DNA of 39,659 nucleotides from Octopus sinensis (taxonomy: Eukaryota), in assembly GCF_006345805.1 (NCBI RefSeq), contig NW_021835547.1:1-39659 (forward strand). The letters run 5' to 3'. Below are positions 12,613 through 24,408 of this stretch, piece by piece. The notes under the pieces are model-generated. The model was not told where the DNA came from. It ran no database searches and saw nothing but the letters and a program-made list of their open reading frames with translations. Position 1 is the first letter of the stretch. Every line of letters begins with the position of its first letter. A program made the translations under genes and the position numbers.

Positions 12613-13139
12613 ATATGATTTACGAACCCAACTCACTTTCAATTTGTTTGTTTTTTTCGCTCATTTGACATATTTGAAGACAGTTTCAGCTTCATTAACT
12701 TAAATTTCATTAATTACCAATTATCTGGTAATTAACCAAATTAATTTATGTCTCTTCACGTTTGTAATTTGACCCCACAATCTCCAGACATTTCGTGAAA
12801 AAGCATCTTATTCTTTTATTAGGTGATTTGCTTCAGTTATTGGCCTACGTCCATACTGGAGCACAACCTTTAGAGCATTAGTCAAAGAAATTGAGCGCAG
12901 GACTTATTTTTCGTCTGGTGCTTATTCTATCAGCTTCTTTATTTCCGAACATCAAAGTTACGTCCCGTTAACATAGCGGTTCGACAATAAAGATATCGAT
13001 TGTCAAACGGAGTGGCGACAAACTCAAACATGTACACATACATACGGACATATGAGCATGGGCTTGTGTTTGTGTATGTATATATGTGTGGGTGTGTATA
13101 AAGATGATAGATCGGTAGCCACTACACACATTTTTTCTC

Positions 13140-13290
13140 TCTTTGTTTTTTTTCTGTGTTCCTTTCTGTAGAAGAGCATAGGCTCGAAACGTGAAAGAGT
13201 TTTTCAATTCCTGAGCGTTATACTAATACATCTGTTTGTTTTGTACATCACCTGTCTTCGTCTTTTGTGTTTTTCGTGAATTCGCCCTAT
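13140..13290 (+). mobile_element. Penelope-like terminal-repeat fragment carrying a minimal hammerhead-like motif
   Basis: cttt-CTGTAGA-a-gagc-atag-gctc-GAAA-c-g-t-g-aaag at 13162-13197 has minimal type I hammerhead topology; ends in (ta)n. The Penelope assignment is inferred from the motif alone. Confidence 0.55.
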
Positions 13291-13314
13291 CATATATATA
13301 TATATATATACAAG

Positions 13315-13445
13315 AAGATTCAATAGAGTTTCCCTTCACTAAATTTGCTCACAAATCATTGGTCAGACTGGAGCTATAGTGGAAGACATATGACCAAGGT
13401 GTCATTCAGAGCACTGGGCCTGGGACAACACTGTTGCGAAGCAGG
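13315..13445 (-). mobile_element. Degenerate family B SINE head fragment
   Basis: gtttcccttcactaaatttgctcacaaatcattggtcagactggagctatagtggaagacatatgaccaaggtg aligns by eye to 19195-19300. Confidence 0.6.
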
Positions 13446-13726
13446 TGTAGCTTGAAACTATAACCGACCTCTATATGTATAACCTATTTTAATCTAGCAT
13501 CAGTGTTGAGGATTTTGGTGTCTAAATATTCGATCATTTACCTCACACCTAATGTATACGCATGTGTGTGTGTTTGTGTGTGTAATTTCATATGTGTACA
13601 TTTGTATGTATATTTGTATACGCCTGCTTCAGTGTATTGACTGTGTATAGTACACATTAGAATGGATTCTTACTCTTGCTTAATTCCATATTATCATATT
13701 TCTTCTTCTTCTTCTTCTCTTTCCAG

Positions 13727-13925
13727 CCGCCACCTCAGTGGGATGGCCAAATCGTACATCCAACTGCTGGCCTACACCTCTTCCTGTTGCAATCCAATCA
13801 CCTACTGCTTCATGAATAGCCGTTTCCGCCAGAGTTTCATATCAGCTTTCCAGTGCCGTTACATACGGGTCCATAACTATAAGGCTAGAACGGCCATGGG
13901 TCTAGACGTTTCCACAACATGTTGA
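13727..13925 (+). CDS. CCKAR: Terminal coding exon (TM7, helix 8, C-tail) of the same CCK/sulfakinin-receptor-like GPCR
   Basis: (tct)n pyrimidine tract and ttccAG end at 13726. The phase 2 join ag+c gives Ser and reads ...DRRTLSRHLSGMAKSYIQLLAYTSSCCNPITYCFMNSRFRQSF..., with NPxxY and the family-typical LLAYxSSCCNPITYCFMN. TGA at 13923-13925. Confidence 0.93.
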
Positions 13926-14129
13926 TGTAGCATTGTATCAAAGAGAAAACATCAAGAGAAATACACTGAGGGGAGAAAATTAAAAAAGAAAAATGTCGAC
14001 GTGGATTCAAAAGGAAGAACTGCCAAAAATATCGGATTCTTGGAAGCGAAAATAGGAGATGAAGGAAAAACGAAATATTTGCCGATAACGGCATCGACAT
14101 CAATATCTCATTCATATAGGAAAGAACAC

Positions 14130-14419
14130 AGACATACAGATGCATATATGCGTGCATATATGCATATACATATATACATATACATATATGCATATACATA
14201 CATACATATACATACATACATGCATATACATACATTCATGCATATACATACATTCATATGTATATACATACATACATATACAAACATACACATACACAAA
14301 CATACACATACATGTACATACATACATATATATACATATACACACATACATACATACACACACAAACACACACACATACACATACATATATACATACATA
14401 TATAGCTACGTGTGTATAT

Positions 14420-14468
<49 letters not shown>

Positions 14469-14806
14469 GCATGCATTGATGCATACATATAGAGATATTC
14501 CACACATGCATAGATATGCATCAATACACACATACAAATGTGTGTATATATTGTTTAAATGTACATATATATATATACATATATGTATACGTATATATAT
14601 ATATATATATATACATTATGTATACGTATATATATATAGATATATATATATATGTATACATATACGTATATACATACATATATATATATGTATACATTTA
14701 CGTATATACATACATATATGTATACGTATAACATACATATATATGTATACATATACGTATATACATACATATATGTATATGTATATACATACATATATGT
14801 ATATAC

Positions 14807-14843
<37 letters not shown>

Positions 14844-14850
14844 TATATAC

Positions 14851-14894
<44 letters not shown>

Positions 14895-15021
14895 GTATAT
14901 ACATATATATACGTATATCATATATATAAGTATATTCATATATATATAGTATATTCATATATATATAAGTATATATATTATATATATGTATATATATATA
15001 TATATACGTATGTACATATAT

Positions 15022-15053
<32 letters not shown>

Positions 15054-15062
15054 CGTATGTAC

Positions 15063-15100
<38 letters not shown>

Positions 15101-15301
15101 GTATGTACATATATATATATATATACGTATATACATATATATATACGTATATACATATATATATATATACATATGTATATATATATATATATACGTATAT
15201 ACATATATATACGTATATTCATATATATATACATATGTACATAATATATATATACATATATATATATATACGTAATACATATATATACGTATATCATATA
15301 T

Positions 15302-15332
<31 letters not shown>

Positions 15333-15338
15333 CATACG

Positions 15339-15382
<44 letters not shown>

Positions 15383-15425
15383 CGTATACATATATATATT
15401 ATATATATATATATATACATACGTC

Positions 15426-15459
<34 letters not shown>

Positions 15460-15532
15460 ACATATATATATATATATAATATATATATATACGTATATAC
15501 ATATATATAATATATCGTATATACATATATAT

Positions 15533-15576
<44 letters not shown>

Positions 15577-15598
15577 ATATATATACACCATATGTATG
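14130..15598. repeat. About 1.5-kb compound (ACAT)n/(AT)n tract directly 3' of the GPCR stop
   Basis: Direct reading; recurrent tatatacgtatatacatat sub-units. Confidence 0.96.
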
Positions 15599-16754
15599 TA
15601 TTTCTCGTCATATGGTTTCTCTAAAACATTATCTCTCTGGTAGTCAGATATCATAAGAAGTTTATAATTACATGATGCGCTTGTCAACCGATTGCAAAGA
15701 CAATCACCAACGTGCGCCGTCAGCGTTCATGAAGTAACGCCGACCAATGCAACTTGTTAGCATAGAGCACCTGTATGAACATCTGATCTCCACAAACATC
15801 TGACAACCACAAAGAATAATTCTGAACACTGACTACATTTCATCTATATCTGTCCCCACTTGGGGCTTTGTTATATTTTCAACTGTCTCGTTTTATTAGT
15901 TCTTTTAATAATACGTATCATTCTCTACATCGTCGCTCTAAATTTGTTTCCTTTCAGCTACAATTTCAGTGAACCCTCTCACTAACAGTTTAGCATAAAA
16001 TTAATTTTGTTAAATATGAACTATTTCACCATGTGTGCGTACATGGGTGTTGGCACATGCATGTGTGTATAAATATATATATATATGTGTGTGTGTGTGA
16101 GAGAGAGAGAGACAAATACAGGTATATAAAATGCCAAAGAGCATAAAATCTTTATATATCAAAATTATCTCCCATCTAGAGGTTGAACCATAATTTTATA
16201 ATCATCGAATTGCAATTAAGACCAGCTAATTTGCAAAGGGGAGACGAAAGATTTCAAGAATTTCTCCATAGTCGTTACGTCATTAGGGAAAATAATAGTC
16301 TTATTGCCAGCAGATAAGAGGGCAGCTGTGGATATGGGTTCTGGATCAGTACAGGCCCTTGGAAAGACAAATGTACAGCTTCATATCCGGTGGACACAAA
16401 ACATACAAAATGAGAAGAAATGTAAAGCCGAGTTAATTTGCATAATTTAAACAAAAAGAACGTAAAAGAAATAACATTGAGTGACCTGTGACAGGTATTT
16501 GAGCAACATAAATAAATACCAACATACAACACAAATTCTTTATTTATGAAAATTATTCAGGACACGAAATGTATAAGAACTGTTATAGATGAAGACAAAT
16601 GTGAATGTTGATGTCATTAAGACTGTGGGACACCTAACGGCACATGTGTGTAGCTGTGACAACAGTTCTCTGCGCATGTTTCTATGTTTTCAATATCAAC
16701 CAAGTGTAAGCAACATTGTCGCATTAAATATTCTTTACACGAAAAATGATTCAT

Positions 16755-16757
<3 letters not shown>

Positions 16758-16802
<45 letters not shown>

Positions 16803-16870
16803 TTATGTACACATGTGTGTGTATATATATATATATATATACACATACATGTGTGTGTGTGTGTGTGTGT
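16758..16870. repeat. (AT)n/(GT)n microsatellite
   Basis: Direct reading. Confidence 0.93.
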
Positions 16871-17793
16871 ATGACAGATGGTTTGATGAATATTTATGAA
16901 GTTGACGAAGATGAAAGGCGAACATGTAAATGACAGTCAAGTGTGATTCCTAAAGTTTTCCCCATTTAACTGACAAATGCATTCCTAGCTTTCGTTCTAA
17001 CATAGACGGAAATTGTGTGTGAATGTTTAACCTAGTTATTTCATTCGTAAATCGTATAGATATATGCGCATGCGTGTTCATCTAGATTGTGTCAATCCAC
17101 ACACATCTGAAGAGATGCTGTGTAAACGTGTATGTATTTGATATGGTTAATTGTACTTTTATTATTTCACCGATCAGGAGAATCGGAAGTTTGCTCATTT
17201 GCATATCTGTAGGTCTTTGTTATCGAACCTAAGTAAGAACTCTTATTGGGACAGAATGATTTGGGGTAAACAAGCATTATATGAAAACCACATGACTCCT
17301 GTACAACGATAAAGAAACATCACGACTAGTTAGGTCTGTATCTAATAAATTATTACTTCTTTTTAGCAATGCTATGTGCGCATATATATATATATTCCAA
17401 ATAAGCAACAAGATATCAATAGGTGATGCAGTACGACCGTTTCAAGCGGCTCCTTTTAATTGAACAAGTTAGACATTGCATCAATTTAAATGGAAGACTA
17501 TCCTATTTTTCTTTATGCAGCTGCGGCTAGCCCTGTATTTAAATTGATGTAATGATTGCATTGTTCAATTAAATGCAAAATGAATTACTAATTGTCTGTA
17601 GCTACATATGTTGTACAGTATATACAGAGAGTGACTTCTTGGTTCTCTTGTATCAGTGAGATTGATGAGGACACCTGTGCTGCGGACCCGAGAGGGTTCG
17701 AAATCAAGGGTATTCATCATTATTTCCCAATCTATGGAGAAATACCTAAATTATTTCTGTTTATTATAAATCTACTACATGGGTTACATTATG

Positions 17794-17872
<79 letters not shown>

Positions 17873-17918
17873 ATGGTGATTGTCTACTTTTTATGCAGAC
17901 TCTGACCTCCTCTTGTAC

Positions 17919-18167
17919 TCACACCTTAGATTCATCAGGCCGTCGGATGGGGGTCTTTTCAACCAGACAATGTATTGAAAGACACTCACATAGATTGCAT
18001 ATTTGATTTGGACAAACAAGAGCTGCAATCAAGTTCTGATCTTTGCGGACCTTAAAATGACTTTTGAGGCCTTCATTAGATTTGAAGACCCTCTGGCATA
18101 CACGACATTGAATGGTGTGCAGAGACATATAGGCAGAATAGTTGAAGGTTCGCTTTTCATGGGTCCG

Positions 18168-18170
<3 letters not shown>
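17919..18170 (-). mobile_element. Degenerate C2H2 zinc-finger-like coding fragment, probably a LINE C-terminus
   Basis: [20 protein letters not shown] plus a second decayed finger (CNLCE...). No splice context; flanked by microsatellites. Confidence 0.45.
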
Positions 18171-18205
<35 letters not shown>

Positions 18206-18249
18206 TATATGCATATATACATATTTATTTATACATAGGTACATATATA

Positions 18250-18295
<46 letters not shown>

Positions 18296-18461
18296 ATGTG
18301 TGTGTGTGTGTATGTATGTATATATGCATATATATATATATATAAATATATATGCATATATATATATATATATGCATATATACATACATACATACATGTG
18401 TATATATATATATATATATATATGCATATATACATACATACATCTATACATACATACATAC

Positions 18462-18505
<44 letters not shown>
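18170..18505. repeat. Compound (AT)n/(ACAT)n microsatellite
   Basis: Direct reading. Confidence 0.93.
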
Positions 18506-18924
18506 GTATTGAATTGACGAGCCATTTGTGGCTGCTTTACTCTCTTTAATATTTTATTCTTTGTATTTTTTTGATATTATTGTTCGTGTTCTCATTGGCT
18601 GCGTGCACATCTCTGTTAACCCCTCACCTACCATCACCTGACCACCCAACCTCAACAGATCCCCCACCATTTTACTTCAATAACGACAACGCGCCACCAC
18701 TCTACCATGATCAAATGATGAAACGTGAATAAATCTGGAATATTACAAACTCTAACTTCTGTTTTTATTTGCATGAACCAAATTATTGGGTTTTTTTCCT
18801 TTACATCGGAACTCATATTTATGAGTGTATGCATATATGTATGTGTGTGTGTGTATTTGTGTGTGTATAAAGAAAAGGGAGATAGTCAGAATTCTGGATC
18901 GTTATTTATTTATCGCATTGAACT

Positions 18925-19134
18925 CTCTCTTTCTCCTTTACTTGTTTCAGTCATTTGACTGCGGCCATGCTGGAGCACCGCCTTCAGTCGAACAAATCGA
19001 CCCCGGGACTTATTCTTTTTTGTAAGCCCAGTACTCATTCTATCGGTCTCTTTTGCCGAACCGCTAAGTGACGGGGACGTAAACACACCAACATCGGTTG
19101 TCAAGCAATGCTAGGGGGACAAACACACACACAT

Positions 19135-19176
<42 letters not shown>

Positions 19177-19340
19177 CGACAGGCTTCTTTCAGTTTCCGT
19201 CTACCAAATCCACTCACAAGACATTGGTCGGCCCGAGGCTATAGCAGAAGACACTTGCCGAAGATTCCACGCAGTGGGACTGAACCCGGAACCATGTGGT
19301 TGATTAGCAAGCTACTTACCACACAGCCACTCCTGCGCCT
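18925..19340 (-). mobile_element. Near-intact tRNA-head SINE family B with internal microsatellite
   Basis: Reverse-complement head aggcgcaggagtggctgtgtggtaag...ccgggttcagtcccactgcg has A- and B-box-like motifs. Internal (ca)n(ta)n at about 19122-19173. 3' region with cagcatggccgcagtcaaatgactgaaacaagt. Confidence 0.88.
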
Positions 19341-19749
19341 AATCAACTACTCAGAAAGATTCATCATGAATGAGTTTGTTACAGAAAATGTTTGCCTCAT
19401 ATATGAGACAGTCGAAAAAGAAAAACAGAGTTGAAATGGAAAGAGAATGCTGTTGGTTATTTTGAAATTATATAGGAGTGGGTGTATATATGCGTATGTA
19501 TGTGTGTGTGTAAGTATGTGCACATGGTGAATTTTTGGAAGCTTGGTCAGAGGGAGAAGAAAGTAAAAGACGAGAACAAAGAAAGAATGAAACAAACGAA
19601 ATGAATAATTATCCAGAATCTTTAGTATCTCCTTATTCTTAATATACAAAATTTCTACACCACTGTGTGTGGGGGTTGAATGTGAGTGTATATTTATATA
19701 TAAAGAGAGAAAGAGAGAGAGAGAGAAGGAGGCGAAGGTTTTCAAAATC

Positions 19750-20880
19750 ATTTCAGAGTTGTTTGTTTTGTGTTACACGAACCTGGTGATTGTCAAAAAG
19801 TTAGAAATGCATTGCTCACTCCGCTAAGAGCTACCTAAAAATAGCTGTTGGTGTTTTTTAACACAACCGTTGCATCAGCAAAATATTTCCGACGTATTCA
19901 AACACGGGTAGCATACGATTTACCCCACAAAATCCAGATGAAAATTGTTCCTCGTCTCTGCTAGAATTCCACCTTAAAATAACAGATATAGGTACTACAT
20001 ACACCAACTTCTATCAGGGAGCTGCCAGCAGAGACCCATCTGTGCATAATAGATCAACCCTTCCCCTTGGTGCTAAAACCGGATAAGAAATGAATTTACG
20101 CGTACCCAGAATAAATGTAGCAAGTCAGAAAACTAGATCACTCCCACTGCACACTTCATAGGTGTACTGAAGGTGAACGTATACCCAACATCCCCAAACC
20201 ATCGACTTAAGAATCGAAGGCGCGGCAGACATAAGCCCTCCTCTAACAATTGCTTCATGAAATTATCACATTTCAGTGAAAGCATAACCACAGTCATCCC
20301 CAGAGCTATCTGTCGCGAGCAATCCGCAGAGAAGGACTGGACATACAGTTAGCACACTCCGACCCTTCTCTGCCTGTATAAAAAGCAATCCAAAAACAAC
20401 AACAATCAATGCTCGTTGAATAACTGCCCCATCCGCGACACAGGTTTGTGCCAGCAGACACGTGGTATACCCGATTGAATGCAACAAATGTAAGGAGTTC
20501 TACGTTGGCAGCAGAACTCGAACACTCCACACGCGCATCCTCATTCATAAACCTCATTGACAAATGTAGAAACGACAATGAACGTATTATTGTTACCATT
20601 AAAGCGAGTGATAGAAATGCGAGCAAGGTAAGAATTGAGGAAACCTTGCTCACATATAAATGCAACCCGCGAATAAATAATAAATCAGAACTCATCACAC
20701 AGTGAATGCAAAATAACCATCAAAAGCGCTTGGGAAAATTTTAATCGAAATAAAAAATTTTATCCAACGAAATTTCCTTGAACCCTGATGAAGGGATTTT
20801 TAGGTCCCGAAATATTGGTCACATAAAAGACCAGTACTAACAACAATAAAACAAAAGCCAAAACAAAGATTACCAGGTAA
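19750..20880 (+). mobile_element. Degenerate Penelope-like element: RT C-terminal part, GIY-YIG endonuclease and terminal repeat with hammerhead motif
   Basis: Frameshifted translation gives LLEFHLKITDIGTTYTNFY, CSLNNCPIRDTGLC, VVYPIECNKCKEFYVGSRTRTLHTRI (from 20462) and VRIEETLLTYKCNPRINNKSE. CTGATGA...GAAA at 20785-20812. Left boundary approximate. Confidence 0.82.
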
Positions 20881-22835
20881 CTTTTAATTTTCGTTACTTC
20901 ATCTTACCGTCCACTTTGATTTGTTTAGCCTTCTATCTCTTTCAACATTATATATCATACGATGCTTCAAGCAAACTATTACATCGTATAAATATATATA
21001 TATATATATACATACATACGTGTGGGAGGGAATGTGCATATAAAAGAACAATGGAGGATTGTTTGAGGATTACATCCTACAGGACCAACGACAGTTTCTA
21101 TTCTGTAAACATCTTTAGATAATCTAAATGTTCTGAGGTAGCATTTTAATTTTTCTAAGTTTAAATGCTAAACTGGCTTTTCTTAGCATAAAACATTTCT
21201 TCTTTACGTGCTTTTCGTCTGTGTTCATGCATTATAGCCATAGTGTCAGTTCGCTTTGAATTCAAGCCGTTAAGGACTGCCTTGATAACATCGTGTTCGC
21301 TGAAATTTCCGATATATAAGATTGATCTGTATTTTGTAATATTTTGTACATCTAAAAAGGCTTAGACAACAGAAACGGCCATTTGTCCTGCACGATATAA
21401 TCCTCGAATGTAGCTAACATATTCTCTGTTCTAGCATATCATCGTCCAATCCATATAACTGCGTTGTTGTCACCGCAGACATTCGGCAATGTGGTAAGAG
21501 TATCAGATATATTAGCTTGTTGTTTTACTTCAGGAATCCCTGTTCAGAATCCGCTGAAGTCATTTTTCATTTCATTCTTTCTGCTTTGATGAATAAAGCA
21601 TCATTACTGTGGCTTGGCGTTTTTTGCTTCGTTTCTTCCTTTACAATCTTTCAAAAATTTCATAGAAGTACAAAATAGTGCATTGTAAACAGAACAGTTG
21701 AAAAGGGGCAAGAGAAAACCACCAGATGCCGGTTCCTGACCTGAAGGTTTATTTTTCATTGAATGTTGTTGTTAATACTTTCTCTGTATATAAAAATATA
21801 AGTATAGTTTTCATTGAATTATATCTGGGAAGAAACTCGGTGTTATCGAAATTCCGATTTCCAATTATTTTAGTGAAAACTTGTATTTATCTTTTAATGA
21901 TAAATTGATATTCTATAACTCCTAACAAGATATTCCTATCGCTTTTGCAAGCTTTATCTAAAAGGGTTTTCAGTTCAGTTCGTATAAATTGATTTTCTGG
22001 CCCCTGAGGTGGTGATTTCATCAATAGAATAAACATGAAGGGAATCCTCGTAACAATTCTAAGTCACGGAATCAACGATAACCTTTATTACTCGTGCCAT
22101 TAATAGAGTCCAGTACGACCTGCTAGATAGAGCAGCCAAGTTTCTTTTAAAATCACACTATTTCTATTAAGAAATGAAGAAGGCATTGATATTCCACATC
22201 AAATTTACGCTTTTTATGCGGTTGTGGTAGGGGTTATTCGACCTGCTACACAGGGTAGCCAATTCTCTATCAAATAACACTGGAGTAGCTTATTAAAGAA
22301 GGGACCTCATTGGTTATCAAGTACGCCAGCATGACTCACTTTATGTAAGTTATCGATGCATCTCTATGTAGTTGAGAAACTTGTGAAAGGTAGCACTGAC
22401 ATTCTGATAAAATTACAACCGACTTTCTTAACACGAGTGACATGCGAGTTAAGGTAAAATTGAATAAATAATGGCATTAAAGAGGATCCTGCGGCAACTT
22501 TGATTTGTTTAAAGAGCTGAGCTGGGACTAAACAACACATGGAATTACGTTAAAGAAATCTCTGTCTGGATACACGACCTGCTAGAAATGGTAGCCGGGT
22601 CTACATTAGATTATATCTTACGGCCTTAAGGACGGACACCAAAGTGTGCTAAGATACTCAGTGTCCAAAAGATGGCCATAACTGGAACGCCTACTTGCAT
22701 TCATTTAAAATCCCTTTTTATTTCATGCTTTCAGATTTCATTCAACCTCTCTTCTTACTCTCCTTTCTCTCTCTCCTTACTCTCCTTTCTCTCTCTCGCT
22801 CACTTTCTCTCCCTCTCTTTTCAAACATATACATG

Positions 22836-23192
22836 CTTCCTTTTTATCTTGTTTCATTGATTGGATTACACCCATGTTGGGGCACCACCTTTGAGGGTTT
22901 TAGTCGAATAAATTGACCTCAGTATTTATGCATTTAATGACTGACACTTATTCTATCAGTTCTTTTTGTCGAAGCGCTAGGTTACGAGGACGCAAACAAA
23001 GTAACACCACTTGTCAAAGCATAAATGATATACGTGGGGCGTCTACATAATTTCCAGTCACCAAATTCACTCAGAAATCATTGGTCGCTCAGAGATTTCA
23101 GTAACAGTCATTTGCTCAAAGTGATGAGCTCTGGGACTGAACCCAAAAGCACGAGGCTGCAAAGCGGATACAGTCTTAGCGATATAGTCATA
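22836..23192 (-). mobile_element. Older, diverged family B SINE without an expanded internal microsatellite
   Basis: ccatgttggggcaccacc, ttattctatcagttctttttgtcgaagcgctaggttacgaggacg and ctgggactgaaccc are colinear with 18925-19340. Confidence 0.7.
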
Positions 23193-23204
23193 TTTACACA
23201 TACA

Positions 23205-23816
23205 TAGAGTGTTTGGACGTCAATCAGAGAGCATTGCAATGTGAGGATGTGTAGCGAGAGTGATAAAAATGAAACATCCAGTCGACATCACTAATGATGG
23301 CGACGTTATGCATCCATTCATCTTCCCACGCGACTTCATCGAGTTCCTGGAGGAGTTACTGCTGCTGGAAAACCCTATGTCTGGCAACAGGACTCTGCAC
23401 CTTGCCACACAAGCAGGAGAACCCAATAATGGGTGTCGTACAATTTCTGCGACCACATTACCCCTACCATCTGGCAACCTAACTCCCCAGACTGCAAACC
23501 TCTTTATTATTATGTGTGGGGCACAATTGTGCGAGAGACCAGTAAAACTCCTTGTAATACCAAAGATGAACTGAAGGCAGGCGTTATGGAAGCATTTACA
23601 AACTTAAACAAGGAGACCGTCCAAAAGAGTTGCAGGAGATTCCAAAAACGTCTGGAGGCCGTGGTTCAAGCCAATGGCGATTTTATTGAATAAATTTATT
23701 CTTTAGTATTTCAAGATATTTTTATGTAAGTTTGGTAACTATATGTTAAAATGAGACGTCAGTGTTATTTCAAGTTTTGCGTGATTTAAACGACAGTTTA
23801 TTCACCGCACCCTTTA
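23205..23816 (+). mobile_element. 3' half of a decayed Tc1/mariner-superfamily DD37D (maT-type) transposon
   Basis: WQQDSAPCHTSRRTQ*W...WQPNSPDCKPLYYYVWG: 37 residues between the QD Asp and the third catalytic position (now Tyr, tat from gat). Putative right TIR ...ttcaccgcaccctt followed by TA at 23815-23816. Confidence 0.82.
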
Positions 23817-23824
23817 TAAATAAA

Positions 23825-23827
23825 TAC

Positions 23828-23858
<31 letters not shown>

Positions 23859-23880
23859 CATATATATATATATATTATAT

Positions 23881-23938
<58 letters not shown>
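23825..23938. repeat. (AT)n microsatellite abutting the maT right end
   Basis: Direct reading. Confidence 0.93.
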
Positions 23939-23939
<1 letters not shown>

Positions 23940-24298
23940 ACGGGAAGGTTTACGAAAATAAACAAAAGACGAAGGCAGGTGGAATACAAAAAAACAATGT
24001 ATACATACATATATATATCTTTACGTAAATATATTCAATAAGAATATTATATACTGAATTTATATTGAGTGCTCCATTGTATAAAAAATATTAACACTAT
24101 TAAAGTATCAAATTTATTTTATACATTATATTTATATTTTTATATTTATTTGTTTATATATATTTTTAATACAATAAGTTCTTTTCCACGGGTAAATCTT
24201 TATGATGAGTTTGGATAGTAATTTCCTTATATTAATAATAATAATATATTATTAAAAAATATATGCATATGTATATGTATATACACACACAAATACAT

Positions 24299-24408
<110 letters not shown>

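Noticed and set aside
18700-18735. Hammerhead-like tgatcaaatgatgaaacgt
   Set aside because: The CUGANGA core and stem II cannot be formed; at most a heavily decayed remnant.
21740-21960. Minus-strand fragment reminiscent of a Penelope GIY-YIG C-terminus (SLKDKYKFSLK..., TEKVL)
   Set aside because: Too degenerate to support by eye.
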